A stretch of DNA of 64,000 nucleotides from Bacteroidia bacterium. Its GTDB lineage: Bacteria > Bacteroidota > Bacteroidia > NS11-12g > UBA9320. A model generated the notes under the pieces. The model was given only the letters and a program-made list of their open reading frames with translations. It was not told the DNA's origin and ran no database searches. Location: contig CBDCFW010000006.1 in the NCBI GenBank assembly GCA_965216465.1, forward strand, positions 800,001-864,000, written 5' to 3'. Positions 29,913-40,120 of this stretch are shown here, piece after piece. The position numbers and the translations under genes are program-made. The number at the start of each line of letters is the position of its first letter. The first letter of the stretch is position 1.

Positions 29913-31086
29913 CAGCAATACCTGGCAATTCTTTACCTTCAAAGTATTCTAGTAATGCTCCACCACCGGTCGATACATAGCTCACTTCTTGAGTATAACC
30001 AAACTTTTTAACCGCAGCACTACTATCGCCACCACCGATCAAAGAAAAGGCACCATTTTTTGTAGATTCAGCAACAGCTTCTGCCACCGATTTGGTACCA
30101 TTTTCGAACGAGCTCATCTCAAACACTCCCATTGGGCCATTCCATAGAATTGTTTTAGAGTTAAGCAATACTACTTTGAATGAATCTACAGCATTTGGCC
30201 CAATATCAAGACCCATCCAACCGGCACCTATTTGGTCACTATCACAAATTGTATTGTTGGCATCGTTGCTAAAGTTATCAGCGATTACGCTGTCAACGGG
30301 AAGGTGAATTTGAACACCATTTGCCTCAGCTTGTTTAAGAATTTCGACACAGGTTTCAACTCTCTCTTCTTCAAAGAGTGAGTTACCAATATTTCCACCT
30401 TGTGCTTTTTTAAAGGTGTATGCCATCCCTCCACCAATAATAATGTGGTCAGCAATTTTCAGAAGATTTTCTATGATTAGAATCTTGTCACTAACCTTAG
30501 CACCACCTACAATTGCCGTAAAAGGACGAGCAGGATTCTTCATTAGCATCGATGCATTAGCTACCTCCTTAGCCATAAGTTCACCAAAACATTTCTCATT
30601 AAAAAATTGAGCGATGATTGATGTAGAAGCATGTGCACGGTGTGCGGTACCAAAAGCATCATTAACATATACGTCACCGTGAGCAGCTAGAGACTTAGCA
30701 AATTCAACATCACCCTTAGTTTCTTCTGTGTAGAAACGTAAGTTTTCCAACAAATGAACTTTACCCATTTCTAGGTTATTGCTCACTTCAACAGCTTCAG
30801 AACTAATACAATCAGAAGAGAATACAACTTCGGCACCCGTAATCGAAGAGAGGTGGTTGATTAGGTGTTTGAGCGAGAATTTCTCTTCCGGTCCTTGTTT
30901 AGGCCGCCCGAGGTGCGACATTAAAATCACAGCTCCTCCATCATTTAATACTTTTTTGATGGTTGGAAGTGCTGCCGTCATTCGAGAGTCGTCGGTAATC
31001 TCGAAATTATCATTCAACGGTACATTAAAGTCAACTCGTATAAGTGCTTTTTTACCGTTGAAGTTTAAAGAATTAACGGTATTCAT
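29899..31086 (-). CDS. pgk: Phosphoglycerate kinase
   Basis: RVDFNVP, SHLGRP, DAFGTAHRAHAS, GGAKVSDK, STGGGA. Confidence 0.98.
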   Translation of the reverse strand: MNTVNSLNFNGKKALIRVDFNVPLNDNFEITDDSRMTAALPTIKKVLNDGGAVILMSHLGRPKQGPEEKFSLKHLINHLSSITGAEVVFSSDCISSEAVEVSNNLEMGKVHLLENLRFYTEETKGDVEFAKSLAAHGDVYVNDAFGTAHRAHASTSIIAQFFNEKCFGELMAKEVANASMLMKNPARPFTAIVGGAKVSDKILIIENLLKIADHIIIGGGMAYTFKKAQGGNIGNSLFEEERVETCVEILKQAEANGVQIHLPVDSVIADNFSNDANNTICDSDQIGAGWMGLDIGPNAVDSFKVVLLNSKTILWNGPMGVFEMSSFENGTKSVAEAVAESTKNGAFSLIGGGDSSAAVKKFGYTQEVSYVSTGGGALLEYFEGKELPGIAAIEA

Positions 31087-31811
31087 TAGTTAAGCTCTTG
31101 GAAAGTTTTTGCTGCATCAAAATTCTCCGCTGCTTCACCTACACGAATAATTTCTACAGTTTGAATGAATACTGGTTCTGTTGGCATATCTCTTCCATCT
31201 CTATGTACTTGAGAAATTGCAACAGCTACTTCAAGTCCTTCTACCACATGTCCAAAAACGCTGTGTCGTCCATCTAAGTGAGGAGTTGGAGCAACGGTAA
31301 TAAAAAATTGGCTTCCGTTTGTACCAGGTCCTGCATTTGCCATAGATAGAATTCCTGGGGCATTGTGTCTTAGTTCTTGATGAAATTCATCTTTAAAGCT
31401 ATAACCAGGTCCGCCCATTCCCATTCCCATAGGGTCTCCACCTTGTATCATGAAATTAGGGATAACTCGGTGAAAAGTAAGACCGTCAAAGTAAGGGGTT
31501 CCTTCAGGTTTAGCATCGTTTTTAATTTTACCTTCTGCTAAACCTACAAAGCTAGCTACCGTTAAAGGAGTTTTCTCCATTTCAAGTTGAATAAGAATAC
31601 TACCCTTGCTAGTATTCATTTTGGCATATAATCCGTTTTCCATTTGGTTATTTGTTGAGTCGATTTCGATTGATGGTTCTTTTTTGGTAACAGTTTCAGT
31701 TGCCATTTCCTCAGTTTGAGTGTCTATTGCTTGAGCTGCAGCTTCTTCTTGAGTATTGTTTGAACAAGCCAGAAGAAACAGTCCTAAAATAAGAATCAAT
31801 GTTTTATCCAT
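31086..31811 (-). CDS. Cyclophilin-type peptidyl-prolyl isomerase, lipoprotein
   Basis: Lipobox LLAC; [40 protein letters not shown]. Start ATG 31811, downstream of a TACTTTTG element. Confidence 0.93.
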   Translation of the reverse strand: MDKTLILILGLFLLACSNNTQEEAAAQAIDTQTEEMATETVTKKEPSIEIDSTNNQMENGLYAKMNTSKGSILIQLEMEKTPLTVASFVGLAEGKIKNDAKPEGTPYFDGLTFHRVIPNFMIQGGDPMGMGMGGPGYSFKDEFHQELRHNAPGILSMANAGPGTNGSQFFITVAPTPHLDGRHSVFGHVVEGLEVAVAISQVHRDGRDMPTEPVFIQTVEIIRVGEAAENFDAAKTFQELN

Positions 31812-32061
31812 TATATATAAAATTAATGGGTGCAAAAGTAAAATTTTAAAGGGAAGATGAGAAAACTGTGCTTCTAATATCCATTTTAGAAGATGGCATT
31901 AGATACACAAAAAAAAAGTTTTCATAGTCAATTTAGTAGTTACTAAAATTTTAGAGGGGGTTTCAGATAATCAATGAATCAAATTTAACCTCATAAACCC
32001 TTTAGTGGTGCAGGTTTTGGGAGGAATTTTGCTGAGCGTGTAGAAAAACTTCCCAAACGTG

Positions 32062-32805
32062 TTATGAATTGCTTGAAATCGCAGCCATGAGGTCAGCTTT
32101 TCTTCTAACAGACACATTAATTTCATAGCCATTTGTCAATACACACGTTCCTCCCCTTCCGGCTTCAACCGTTTCAACTTTTGTAGTGTTTACTATAGAT
32201 GACCTGTGACACCGCACAAAACTATCAGGAAGAATGTCTTCATAAAATGTAAGAGCCTTAGTACTGATCAATGAGTGATCTTTGAGCAAAATGCGCGTAT
32301 AAGAGTTCTCGGATATGAAGGCAAAAATATCGCTGAATTTTATGTTGTTATACGTTCCATTTTGAGGAACCACAATTGTATCATCTCGATTTATAGTTCC
32401 AGATAGACGTGTGAAGTTGATATCATCAGTTTCTAAATGTTCTATCGCTCTATCAAGTGATGATAGAAGTTCAGGGATGTGAATTGGTTTTAACACATAG
32501 TCAATGGCTGATAATTTGATCGCTTTTATAGCATAATGATCGTAACTGGTTACAAAAATGCTTTGAAACTTTACGTCTTTAACTTGGTCAAATATCTTAA
32601 AGCTAAGGCCATCTTTAAGTTGGATATCTAAAAGCAGAATGTTGGGTTGTTTCTGGTTGATTAACTCTACGGCTTCAACAATTGACTGAGCCTCACCTAC
32701 TATGTCTAGCTTGTCACTATAGCGCAAAACTATATTTCTAATAAATGCACGGGAATGCAATTCATCTTCAACAATCAGTACAGTATGCTTTTGGTTAGAA
32801 GTCAT
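32062..32805 (-). CDS. LytR/AlgR family response regulator (no adjacent kinase)
   Basis: REC domain (VEDE, LLDIQL, YVLKP) plus LytTR domain (FVRCHRSSIVN, VS.R). Confidence 0.92.
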   Translation of the reverse strand: MTSNQKHTVLIVEDELHSRAFIRNIVLRYSDKLDIVGEAQSIVEAVELINQKQPNILLLDIQLKDGLSFKIFDQVKDVKFQSIFVTSYDHYAIKAIKLSAIDYVLKPIHIPELLSSLDRAIEHLETDDINFTRLSGTINRDDTIVVPQNGTYNNIKFSDIFAFISENSYTRILLKDHSLISTKALTFYEDILPDSFVRCHRSSIVNTTKVETVEAGRGGTCVLTNGYEINVSVRRKADLMAAISSNS

Positions 32806-32911
32806 CTAAGTATCTCAGATACAATTTAATAACGCAAATTTTTACAAAATAATATTACGGTTGGCAATTCAACCTAAAAATAGTTACTTCGACACTGTTT
32901 TTGGTGTATCC

Positions 32912-33940
32912 ATGAATCTCTTCAAAGGCATATTTTATTTCGTCATTCTCATTATTGGGGCTGTATTGCTTGCTGCACTTTTTGCACCTTCGAGCGAAAC
33001 GGTAAAGCGATCTGTTATCATTGATAAAGACATCAAGCATGTGTTTAATGAAGTGGCGAGCGTTAAGCGTTGGAGTAATTGGGATCCATGGCATGATTTA
33101 GACACTGCACAGGTAAGAAATTTTACCGGAGATTTATCAGCTGGTTCGTACGGATTTGATTGGATCTCAAAAAAAACGGATCTGGGTAAAGGCTATATTG
33201 TATTTAATGAAGTAGTGCCCAATGAAAGTATTTCATTTGATATAAAACTGCTAAGATTTCAGGGAAGCGGACAAATAAAATTTAATACCATTAAGGAAGG
33301 AACCCATGTTGAGTGGTATTTAGATTCAGAACTTTCATATCCTAAAAAACTATTAAATTACTTTTTAAACTTTGAAGTAGGGCCTCAATTTGAGCAAGGT
33401 TTAGCGGGCCTCAAGACTTATCTAGAATCGGAGGAAATTGAAGAACCTACAGTATTTCTTCCTCGGGTAGAAATAGAAACGATTCATGGAATTAGTCATG
33501 CGCTTATTAAGGTCGACGACCTTCCTTGGGCCAATTTAGACCCTTATTTTAAGGAAGTTTACAAGGCAATATATGGTTTTGTTCAAACCAATGGATTAGC
33601 ACCAAAAGGGCCTTCAAGAACGTTCTATTTTGACTGGGACACTACAAATCAGACTACAACAATTGCAGCAGCGGTTCCTGTTTCTGAACTTGCTGAACTG
33701 GATTCTGCTATAGCTATTGAACTAGCAATCGGAAATGCAGAATTAAGAAACAGAAGTATTTCTTACCTTATGAAAGGTAGCTATAACCAATCAGATAAGG
33801 TACACAACGCGTTGCGAGCCTGGTTGCAACAAGAAAATTATAGCATAAACTGGCCAATTCTGGAGGAGTATCTTCTTGGTCCAAATGAGACTGCCGATTC
33901 AACAGCCTACAAGACTAGAATAGTATATCGCTACAATTGA
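32912..33940 (+). CDS. SRPBCC domain plus GyrI-like effector-binding domain membrane-anchored protein
   Basis: N-terminal TM; V.RS..I....W..W.PW...D; FE.GL..LK; C-terminal G.Y......H..L..W...P..EEY..GP.....Y.T.I.Y. Start ATG 32912. Confidence 0.78.
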   Translation: MNLFKGIFYFVILIIGAVLLAALFAPSSETVKRSVIIDKDIKHVFNEVASVKRWSNWDPWHDLDTAQVRNFTGDLSAGSYGFDWISKKTDLGKGYIVFNEVVPNESISFDIKLLRFQGSGQIKFNTIKEGTHVEWYLDSELSYPKKLLNYFLNFEVGPQFEQGLAGLKTYLESEEIEEPTVFLPRVEIETIHGISHALIKVDDLPWANLDPYFKEVYKAIYGFVQTNGLAPKGPSRTFYFDWDTTNQTTTIAAAVPVSELAELDSAIAIELAIGNAELRNRSISYLMKGSYNQSDKVHNALRAWLQQENYSINWPILEEYLLGPNETADSTAYKTRIVYRYN

Positions 33941-34500
33941 GCCTGAGCTTTTGACTTTTTTGTCCAACTGTATAATCCATAGATAGATAATGCAGTAAAT
34001 ATCGCCATTTGAATACTTAATAGATTTAACTCCTTAAGCTGATAGAGCCAAATGGTATAGATATTAATAATTATCCATAAGCTCCAGGCAATTAGGTATT
34101 TATACAGTTCAAGAAAGGTTGCTATTATAGAGAATATTGTACTAAATGCATCGTAATATGTTTTGTCTGCATTGGTTTTAGACATGGTGTATCCCAAACC
34201 TAAAGTTAAAAGAAGACCACCCGTTAACAGGAGTAGGGCATTACCCCAAGAAATGTGTTTTATATCAAATGATTGTTTAGCATTCTTGCTCCAATATGCA
34301 AATCCATAAAATCCAATTCCGGCATAAAACAGATAAAGCAGTGCTTCAGAATAGTAACCGCTTTCATATACCACAAAAGATTGCACAAATGAACCTACGA
34401 TGCCAAATGGCCAACACCATTTGGTTTCACGAATCAGGAGAACAACAAAAGCTATATTTAAGAGAACGCCGACGAGCTCGGCGATCTGAACTGTGTTCAT
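33931..34500 (-). CDS. pnuC: PnuC-family vitamin/nicotinamide riboside transporter
   Basis: WCWP.GI, YG...W, DAF.T..S..A..L, W.LWI..N, YGLY.W. Confidence 0.85.
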   Translation of the reverse strand: MNTVQIAELVGVLLNIAFVVLLIRETKWCWPFGIVGSFVQSFVVYESGYYSEALLYLFYAGIGFYGFAYWSKNAKQSFDIKHISWGNALLLLTGGLLLTLGLGYTMSKTNADKTYYDAFSTIFSIIATFLELYKYLIAWSLWIIINIYTIWLYQLKELNLLSIQMAIFTALSIYGLYSWTKKSKAQAQL

Positions 34501-34848
34501 TTATTCTTCTTCGTTTTCAGACGATGTTTCAGCATCGCTACTTTCACCAGTATCTGTGCTTTCATCATTGTCACTCATCATTTCTTCAATTTTCACTTTT
34601 GCTTTATGATAAGTGTCACTTGCTGATTCAGCTACCTCTTCAGCGATGTCTTTGGCCTTATCAACAGCATCTTCGGCCATATCTTCTACCTTGTCCATGG
34701 CTTTCTCCACGGCATCTTTAACTTTTTCTGCAACCGGTTCTGCTTTTTCAGCGATGTTTTGTGCGGTTTCTTTTACCTTTTCAGAGGCAGTATCGGCTGC
34801 GTTTTCAGCCTTGCCAAATAAGTTCTTAAAAAAATTGCCAAGTCCCAT
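34501..34848 (-). CDS. Small acidic Ala/Glu/Lys-rich protein with 11-aa repeats (YtxH/LEA-like)
   Basis: MGLGNFFKNLFG followed by repeated (A/V)(E/D)K(A/V)(K/E)(D/E) units and an acidic tail. Confidence 0.7.
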   Translation of the reverse strand: MGLGNFFKNLFGKAENAADTASEKVKETAQNIAEKAEPVAEKVKDAVEKAMDKVEDMAEDAVDKAKDIAEEVAESASDTYHKAKVKIEEMMSDNDESTDTGESSDAETSSENEEE

Positions 34849-34877
34849 ATTATTGTTAATTTAGTTTCACAAATCTA

Positions 34878-36152
34878 ATGATTAATAGGAAACGAATATA
34901 CTTGGTTCTTGCCATGTTATCTGTGGTTATGTTCAGTCGTGCTCAGAACAGAGAATTAGCCGGACTTATCATAAATACATTATGCTCTGATGATTTTGCA
35001 GGTAGGGGCTACATTAACAACGGAGATCAAAAAGCGGCTGGTTATATAGCCGAGAGCTTTAAGGAAATTGGACTGCAACCGCTTGAACCTGATTATTTTC
35101 AGCGATTTAACTTGGATGTAAACACAATTCCAGTTGCAGAGATTGAAATCGATGGTAAGGCCTTGCGAGCAGGCTACGATTTTCTCGTAGAGCCATCTTC
35201 AGGGTCTGTAAAAGGAGAGTTTAATGTGTTCTTTGTATCGGAAAAGATGCTTGAATCACCAAAGGTTGAAAAGAAGATAAAACAAGCTATTAAGCGGGGA
35301 ATGGTCCCAGTGATTTCAACATATGACCCCAAAAATGAAGTTATAAAAGCCAACTTAGCAAAGGTTAAAGAATGTACTAGAGATAAGGTGGTTGTTCATT
35401 TGCGAGAAAGCTTAACATGGAGTGTAGGTAGAGTTCAATTAAAGGGATGTGAGATTTGGATGATTGACTCTACGTTTGATCGCTTTGCTACTACGATTGC
35501 GTTTAATATAGAAGCGGAATATATTTCAGGATATCAATCTCAAAACGTTATGGGCTATGTAGAAGGTACAACTCATCCTGATTCATTTATCATCTTTTGC
35601 GGCCATTATGACCACTTAGGCAAGATGGGAGATGCGACCTTTTATGGTGCTAATGATAATGCTAGCGGAATAGCTATTTTAATAGATATGGCTTATTACT
35701 TCGTTCAAAATCCACAGAAATACAGTGTTGCCTTTATAGCCTTTGGTGGAGAAGAAGCAGGCTTAGTCGGTTCATATAATTATGTTAGAAAACCACCATA
35801 CAAGGCACCCCTATCTAGGACAAAATTTGTATTCAACATGGATTTAATGGGCAGCGGGGAAGAAGGAGCAACAATTGTCAACGGTAAAATTTATACGCGT
35901 CAATTTGCTGCGTTTAAAGCTATAAACGACAGTTTGAATTATTTGCCAAAAATTAAGTCGCGTGGTAAAGCGGCAAATAGTGACCATTATTTCTTTTCAG
36001 AAGCAGGTGTACCTTCATTCTTTATCTATTTAATGGGAGAGTATAAGCATTACCACATCCCGCAAGACAATCCTACAAATCTGACTTTAGGCGAGTATTA
36101 CGATAAGAGCTATCTTTTAATTAGAGATTTTATTTTGTATTTAAATCAGTAG
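34878..36152 (+). CDS. M28 family metallopeptidase
   Basis: Signal peptide; GHYDHLG, GANDNASG, GEEAGL.GS, N.DL.G, SDH..F, YH...D. Confidence 0.92.
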   Translation: MINRKRIYLVLAMLSVVMFSRAQNRELAGLIINTLCSDDFAGRGYINNGDQKAAGYIAESFKEIGLQPLEPDYFQRFNLDVNTIPVAEIEIDGKALRAGYDFLVEPSSGSVKGEFNVFFVSEKMLESPKVEKKIKQAIKRGMVPVISTYDPKNEVIKANLAKVKECTRDKVVVHLRESLTWSVGRVQLKGCEIWMIDSTFDRFATTIAFNIEAEYISGYQSQNVMGYVEGTTHPDSFIIFCGHYDHLGKMGDATFYGANDNASGIAILIDMAYYFVQNPQKYSVAFIAFGGEEAGLVGSYNYVRKPPYKAPLSRTKFVFNMDLMGSGEEGATIVNGKIYTRQFAAFKAINDSLNYLPKIKSRGKAANSDHYFFSEAGVPSFFIYLMGEYKHYHIPQDNPTNLTLGEYYDKSYLLIRDFILYLNQ

Positions 36153-36153
36153 T

Positions 36154-37665
36154 ATGTTGTCGTTCATTAATTCATTTATGTCTTGGTATCTTAAGAAAAG
36201 AATACCGACAATTAAGCACATGTTCAACCATGGTGCTGAAGTACAAGACGAAATGTTTAAAACGCTCCTTTCTCAAGCTAAAAAGACTTCGTTTGGGCGT
36301 GATTATAAGTTGAACGAAATTAAAACTTTAGATGAGTATAGAAATAGAGTACCGCTTTTTCACTATGATGACATAAAACCGTATATCCAACGCGTTATGC
36401 ACGGCGAGCAAAAAGTGCTTTGGCCAGGGGAGATTAATTGGTTTGCAAAGTCAAGCGGAACAACTTCTGATAAAAGTAAATTCATACCTGTGAGTTATGA
36501 TGCATTGGAGGATTGTCAGTTTAGAGGCAGTAGAGACATCATTGCATGGTACTACAACTACAATCCAGATGCAAGTATTTTTCAGGGCAAGGGCTTAATT
36601 GTAGGGGGAAGTCATCAAGTAAATGAGCTTTCGCCTAATTCTTATTATGGCGATTTAAGTGCTGTGATGATGAACAATCTTCCATTTATTGCAAATTACC
36701 TCGCTACGCCAAGTATGGATATTGCGTTGATGTCTAACTGGGAAGAGAAACTGGGTAAAATGATTGACTCAACGTACAAGGAAAATGTGACCAACATATC
36801 AGGAGTTCCTTCTTGGACTTTATTGTTACTCAAAGGAATTCTTGAAAAAGCAAAGGCTTCCACAATAAAGGAGGTATGGCCTAATTTAGAGCTATACATA
36901 CATGGCGGCGTTAGCTTTGACCCATACCGAAAGCAATTCAATGATATTATTGGCGACAGTTCAATGCAATATCGAGAAACATACAATGCTTCAGAAGGCT
37001 TCTTTGGCATCCAAGATTCACTCGGTAAAGACATGACTTTAATGTTGGATTATGGCATTTTTTATGAGTTCGTACTTCCGGAAGACCTTGATAAAAAGCA
37101 TCCAAAAAGCTATTGGATTGATGAAGTGGAATTGAACACCAACTACGCTGTGATTCTTAACACCAATGCAGGATTGTGGCGCTATGTGGTTGGCGATACG
37201 ATTAAATTTACAAGCAAGAATCCGTATCGCTTTGTAATAACTGGCCGCACAAAGAGCTTTATAAATGCATTTGGAGAGGAGCTAATGGTTGAGAATGCCG
37301 AGAAAGCGATAACTCAAGCACAATTGGAGTGCGATTGTATTGTAGCGGAATATACTGCTGCTCCAGTTTACATTTCAGATTCAAAGCAAGGCATGCATGA
37401 ATGGGCCATTGAATTTACAAAAGAACCGCAGGATCTAAGTAAATTTGTAGCAGTCTTAGACCAGAATTTACAAAAATGTAATTCTGACTACGAGGCTAAA
37501 AGACAGGGCGACCTTATTCTGCTTCCGCCTAAAGTAAACATTTGCAGCCAAGGAACGTTTTATAAGTGGTTAGATGCATCTGATAAGCTTGGAGGACAGC
37601 ACAAGGTACCTAAACTAAGTAACAGTAGAGAAATTCTAGAAGATATATTAAAGCACAATGTATAG
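36154..37665 (+). CDS. GH3 auxin-responsive promoter family protein (acyl-acid amido synthetase-like)
   Basis: AKSSGTT..KSKFIP, YNASEGF, GLWRY..GD, GRTK.FINAFGEE, GGQHKVP.L. Confidence 0.92.
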   Translation: MLSFINSFMSWYLKKRIPTIKHMFNHGAEVQDEMFKTLLSQAKKTSFGRDYKLNEIKTLDEYRNRVPLFHYDDIKPYIQRVMHGEQKVLWPGEINWFAKSSGTTSDKSKFIPVSYDALEDCQFRGSRDIIAWYYNYNPDASIFQGKGLIVGGSHQVNELSPNSYYGDLSAVMMNNLPFIANYLATPSMDIALMSNWEEKLGKMIDSTYKENVTNISGVPSWTLLLLKGILEKAKASTIKEVWPNLELYIHGGVSFDPYRKQFNDIIGDSSMQYRETYNASEGFFGIQDSLGKDMTLMLDYGIFYEFVLPEDLDKKHPKSYWIDEVELNTNYAVILNTNAGLWRYVVGDTIKFTSKNPYRFVITGRTKSFINAFGEELMVENAEKAITQAQLECDCIVAEYTAAPVYISDSKQGMHEWAIEFTKEPQDLSKFVAVLDQNLQKCNSDYEAKRQGDLILLPPKVNICSQGTFYKWLDASDKLGGQHKVPKLSNSREILEDILKHNV

Positions 37666-38356
37666 ATTAAGCATTATAGCAATTGTTTTGACGGCCTTGA
37701 TTATCGGCTGTACAAAATCGAACAGCATTTCTGCGGAGGACTTTCAAATGGCAATTGGCTCAAATTCGGAAGCTGTAGTGATTGATGTTCGCTCACCTGA
37801 AGAGTTTGTAATGGGACACATTGAAGGAGCTCAAAATGTAAGTATTCATAGCAGAGAATTTGATGAAAAAGCCGTTGAACTTGCCGAAAACGGGGAAGTA
37901 TATGTTTACTGCAAGTCGGGGAGTAGAAGCTCAGATGCGGTAAAGAGATTGGCTAAACTTGGGGTAAAAACAACAGAGTTAAATGGAGGACTGCGTGCAT
38001 GGGAACAAGCCGGTTTTGGAATAGAAAGCACAATAGAAAAGGTGAAGACCAAATATAGCCTACAAGAGTACAATGACTTTATTGCGAATCACGAACTGAT
38101 TTTGGTTGACTTTTATGCCGATTGGTGCGGTCCGTGTAAGGCTATGGCTCCACATATTGCGGCAGTGAAAGATGAACATCCTGAGAAATTGACGATACTT
38201 AAAGTTAATACCGACCACAGTCAGGCTATTTCACGTCATTTTAATATTATGGGAATTCCATTGGTGAAAGTTTATCATCAAGGCAAAGAGGTATACGATA
38301 AAACGGGATACCACTCGAAAGAAGAGCTGGAGGCAGTTCTACAATCCTACCTTTAA
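37658..38356 (+). CDS. Rhodanese-thioredoxin fusion lipoprotein
   Basis: Lipobox LIIGC; DVR.PEEF..GHI.GA, YCKSG.RS, L.GG..AW; thioredoxin DFYADWCGPC. Confidence 0.88.
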   Translation: MYRLSIIAIVLTALIIGCTKSNSISAEDFQMAIGSNSEAVVIDVRSPEEFVMGHIEGAQNVSIHSREFDEKAVELAENGEVYVYCKSGSRSSDAVKRLAKLGVKTTELNGGLRAWEQAGFGIESTIEKVKTKYSLQEYNDFIANHELILVDFYADWCGPCKAMAPHIAAVKDEHPEKLTILKVNTDHSQAISRHFNIMGIPLVKVYHQGKEVYDKTGYHSKEELEAVLQSYL

Positions 38357-39390
38357 TCTTTCTTTTCTTCTTGCCAACCTTGTGCTTCAATAGGCACTAC
38401 ATTTCCTGATTTGGTAATCAGTTCTTTGCCTTCATGAGCAGCGGTTATGTAACCTATGACCGAAATGTCGGGGTTGTTTTTTATCTTGTCGTATGCTGTT
38501 TGAGGAAGGGTGAATAGCAGTTCATAGTCTTCACCTCCGTTTAAGGCACACATGGTTGGATTAAGGTCAAACTCCAAAGCTGTATCATAAGTCTGCTGAT
38601 CAATAGGCAGTTTTTCCTCGTAAAGTTTAACACCAACTTCTGAATGTTTACAGATATGAAATATCTCACTTGCCAAGCCATCAGAAATATCAATCATAGA
38701 AGAAGGAGTTTCACCTAAGTCAGCGAACATTTCTATAATGTCTTTTCGTGCTTCTGGACGCAGTTGTCGACCTATGATGTAGTCTTTGCCGCTCAGGTCG
38801 GGTTGCATATTACTTTGCTCTAGAAATACTTTTTTCTCTCGCTCAAGAAGCTGTAAACCCATATAGGCACCACCAAGATCGCCCGTGACACAAAGCAATT
38901 CTCCTTCTTTTGCACCGCTTCTTTTGACGATTTCTCCTTGTGCCTTTCCGATTACAGTTACAGAAATTACCAATCCAGTTACTGAGCTGGATGTGTCTCC
39001 TCCGATTAAATCCACCGCATATTTGTCACAAGCTGCCTTTATGCCTTTGTAGATCTCTTCAACAGCTTCTAACGAATATTTGCTAGATAGAGCTATTGAC
39101 ACCAACACTTGTTCTGCAGTACCATTCATAGCACACAGGTCCGAAATGCTTGATGAGATGGTCTTATAGCCTATGTGCATTAAAGGGCTGTATACCAAGT
39201 CAAAATCAACATTTTCGACATACATATCGGTACTAATTAACACTTGGCCATTGGATTCTATAGAAGCGGCATCGTCTCCAACTCCAATTTTCGTTGATGA
39301 ATTAGAAATTGAGAAGTTCTGCGTGAGATGGTCAATCAAACCAAACTCTCCGAGCTTACTGATATCCGTTTTTTCTTTGTTTTCAAACAT
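38353..39390 (-). CDS. thiL: Thiamine-phosphate kinase
   Basis: GEFGLI, GDDAA, SDL.AM, IGGDT, DISDGL, GGEDYELLFT. Confidence 0.95.
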   Translation of the reverse strand: MFENKEKTDISKLGEFGLIDHLTQNFSISNSSTKIGVGDDAASIESNGQVLISTDMYVENVDFDLVYSPLMHIGYKTISSSISDLCAMNGTAEQVLVSIALSSKYSLEAVEEIYKGIKAACDKYAVDLIGGDTSSSVTGLVISVTVIGKAQGEIVKRSGAKEGELLCVTGDLGGAYMGLQLLEREKKVFLEQSNMQPDLSGKDYIIGRQLRPEARKDIIEMFADLGETPSSMIDISDGLASEIFHICKHSEVGVKLYEEKLPIDQQTYDTALEFDLNPTMCALNGGEDYELLFTLPQTAYDKIKNNPDISVIGYITAAHEGKELITKSGNVVPIEAQGWQEEKKD

Positions 39391-39433
39391 TGCAGCTGCA
39401 AAGGTCTCTTTTTTGATTTAAATTGTCCCGATT

Positions 39434-40120
39434 ATGAGGAAAATATTCGCATCTGTTGGCCAGTTCATTTTCCCCCGACTATGTATTTGCTGCTTGGAAC
39501 CATTGGTTTATACCAGCACATCTATTTGTGATTTTTGCCTAATCAGTCTCGATAAATTTGAGCCTTTTGATAAAGAAGCTTCTCAGCTGGATAAGATGTT
39601 TTGGGGGCGAGTAAACCTGGAAAGAACCGATGCATGGCTGACGTTTGGAAAAGACGATAATGTTCGCCGAATTCTTCATGAAGTCAAATATCGAGGAAAT
39701 GCCAAATTGGGAATTGAAATGGGCAAGTACGCAAGTTTGGCCAAACCTCATCTTTTAGAAGGCATAGACGTTATAGTGCCTGTGCCTCTACATCCTAAGA
39801 AAGAGAAGATTCGTGGTTACAATCAAGCTGAGATTATCGCAAAGGGATTGGTTTCGAATGGTCAGGTAGAAATTAAAAAGCTGCTAAAGCGATCAAGCAA
39901 TACCAAGAGTCAAACTAAACGCTCGAGGTTCGATCGTTATGAGAACATAACAAACCAATTTAGGGTTGAAAGCTCAAATGATATTGAAGGAAAGCACCTA
40001 CTTCTCGTTGATGACGTGATAACCACAGGTGCAACAATTGAAGCTTGTGCTAGAAGCTTGTTGCAACTAAAAGATGTAAGAATTAGTGTGTTTGCTTTGG
40101 CTTGTACTAGTGTACGATGA
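39434..40120 (+). CDS. comF: ComF family protein (Zn-ribbon plus PRTase)
   Basis: FPRLC..C...C..C, VPLH...RGYNQ, LVDDV.TTGAT. Confidence 0.9.
   Translation: MRKIFASVGQFIFPRLCICCLEPLVYTSTSICDFCLISLDKFEPFDKEASQLDKMFWGRVNLERTDAWLTFGKDDNVRRILHEVKYRGNAKLGIEMGKYASLAKPHLLEGIDVIVPVPLHPKKEKIRGYNQAEIIAKGLVSNGQVEIKKLLKRSSNTKSQTKRSRFDRYENITNQFRVESSNDIEGKHLLLVDDVITTGATIEACARSLLQLKDVRISVFALACTSVR

Noticed and set aside
31836-32061. Possible ncRNA or riboswitch in the AT-rich gap upstream of the cyclophilin gene
   Set aside because: Only weak imperfect hairpins; no recognisable riboswitch or tRNA consensus.
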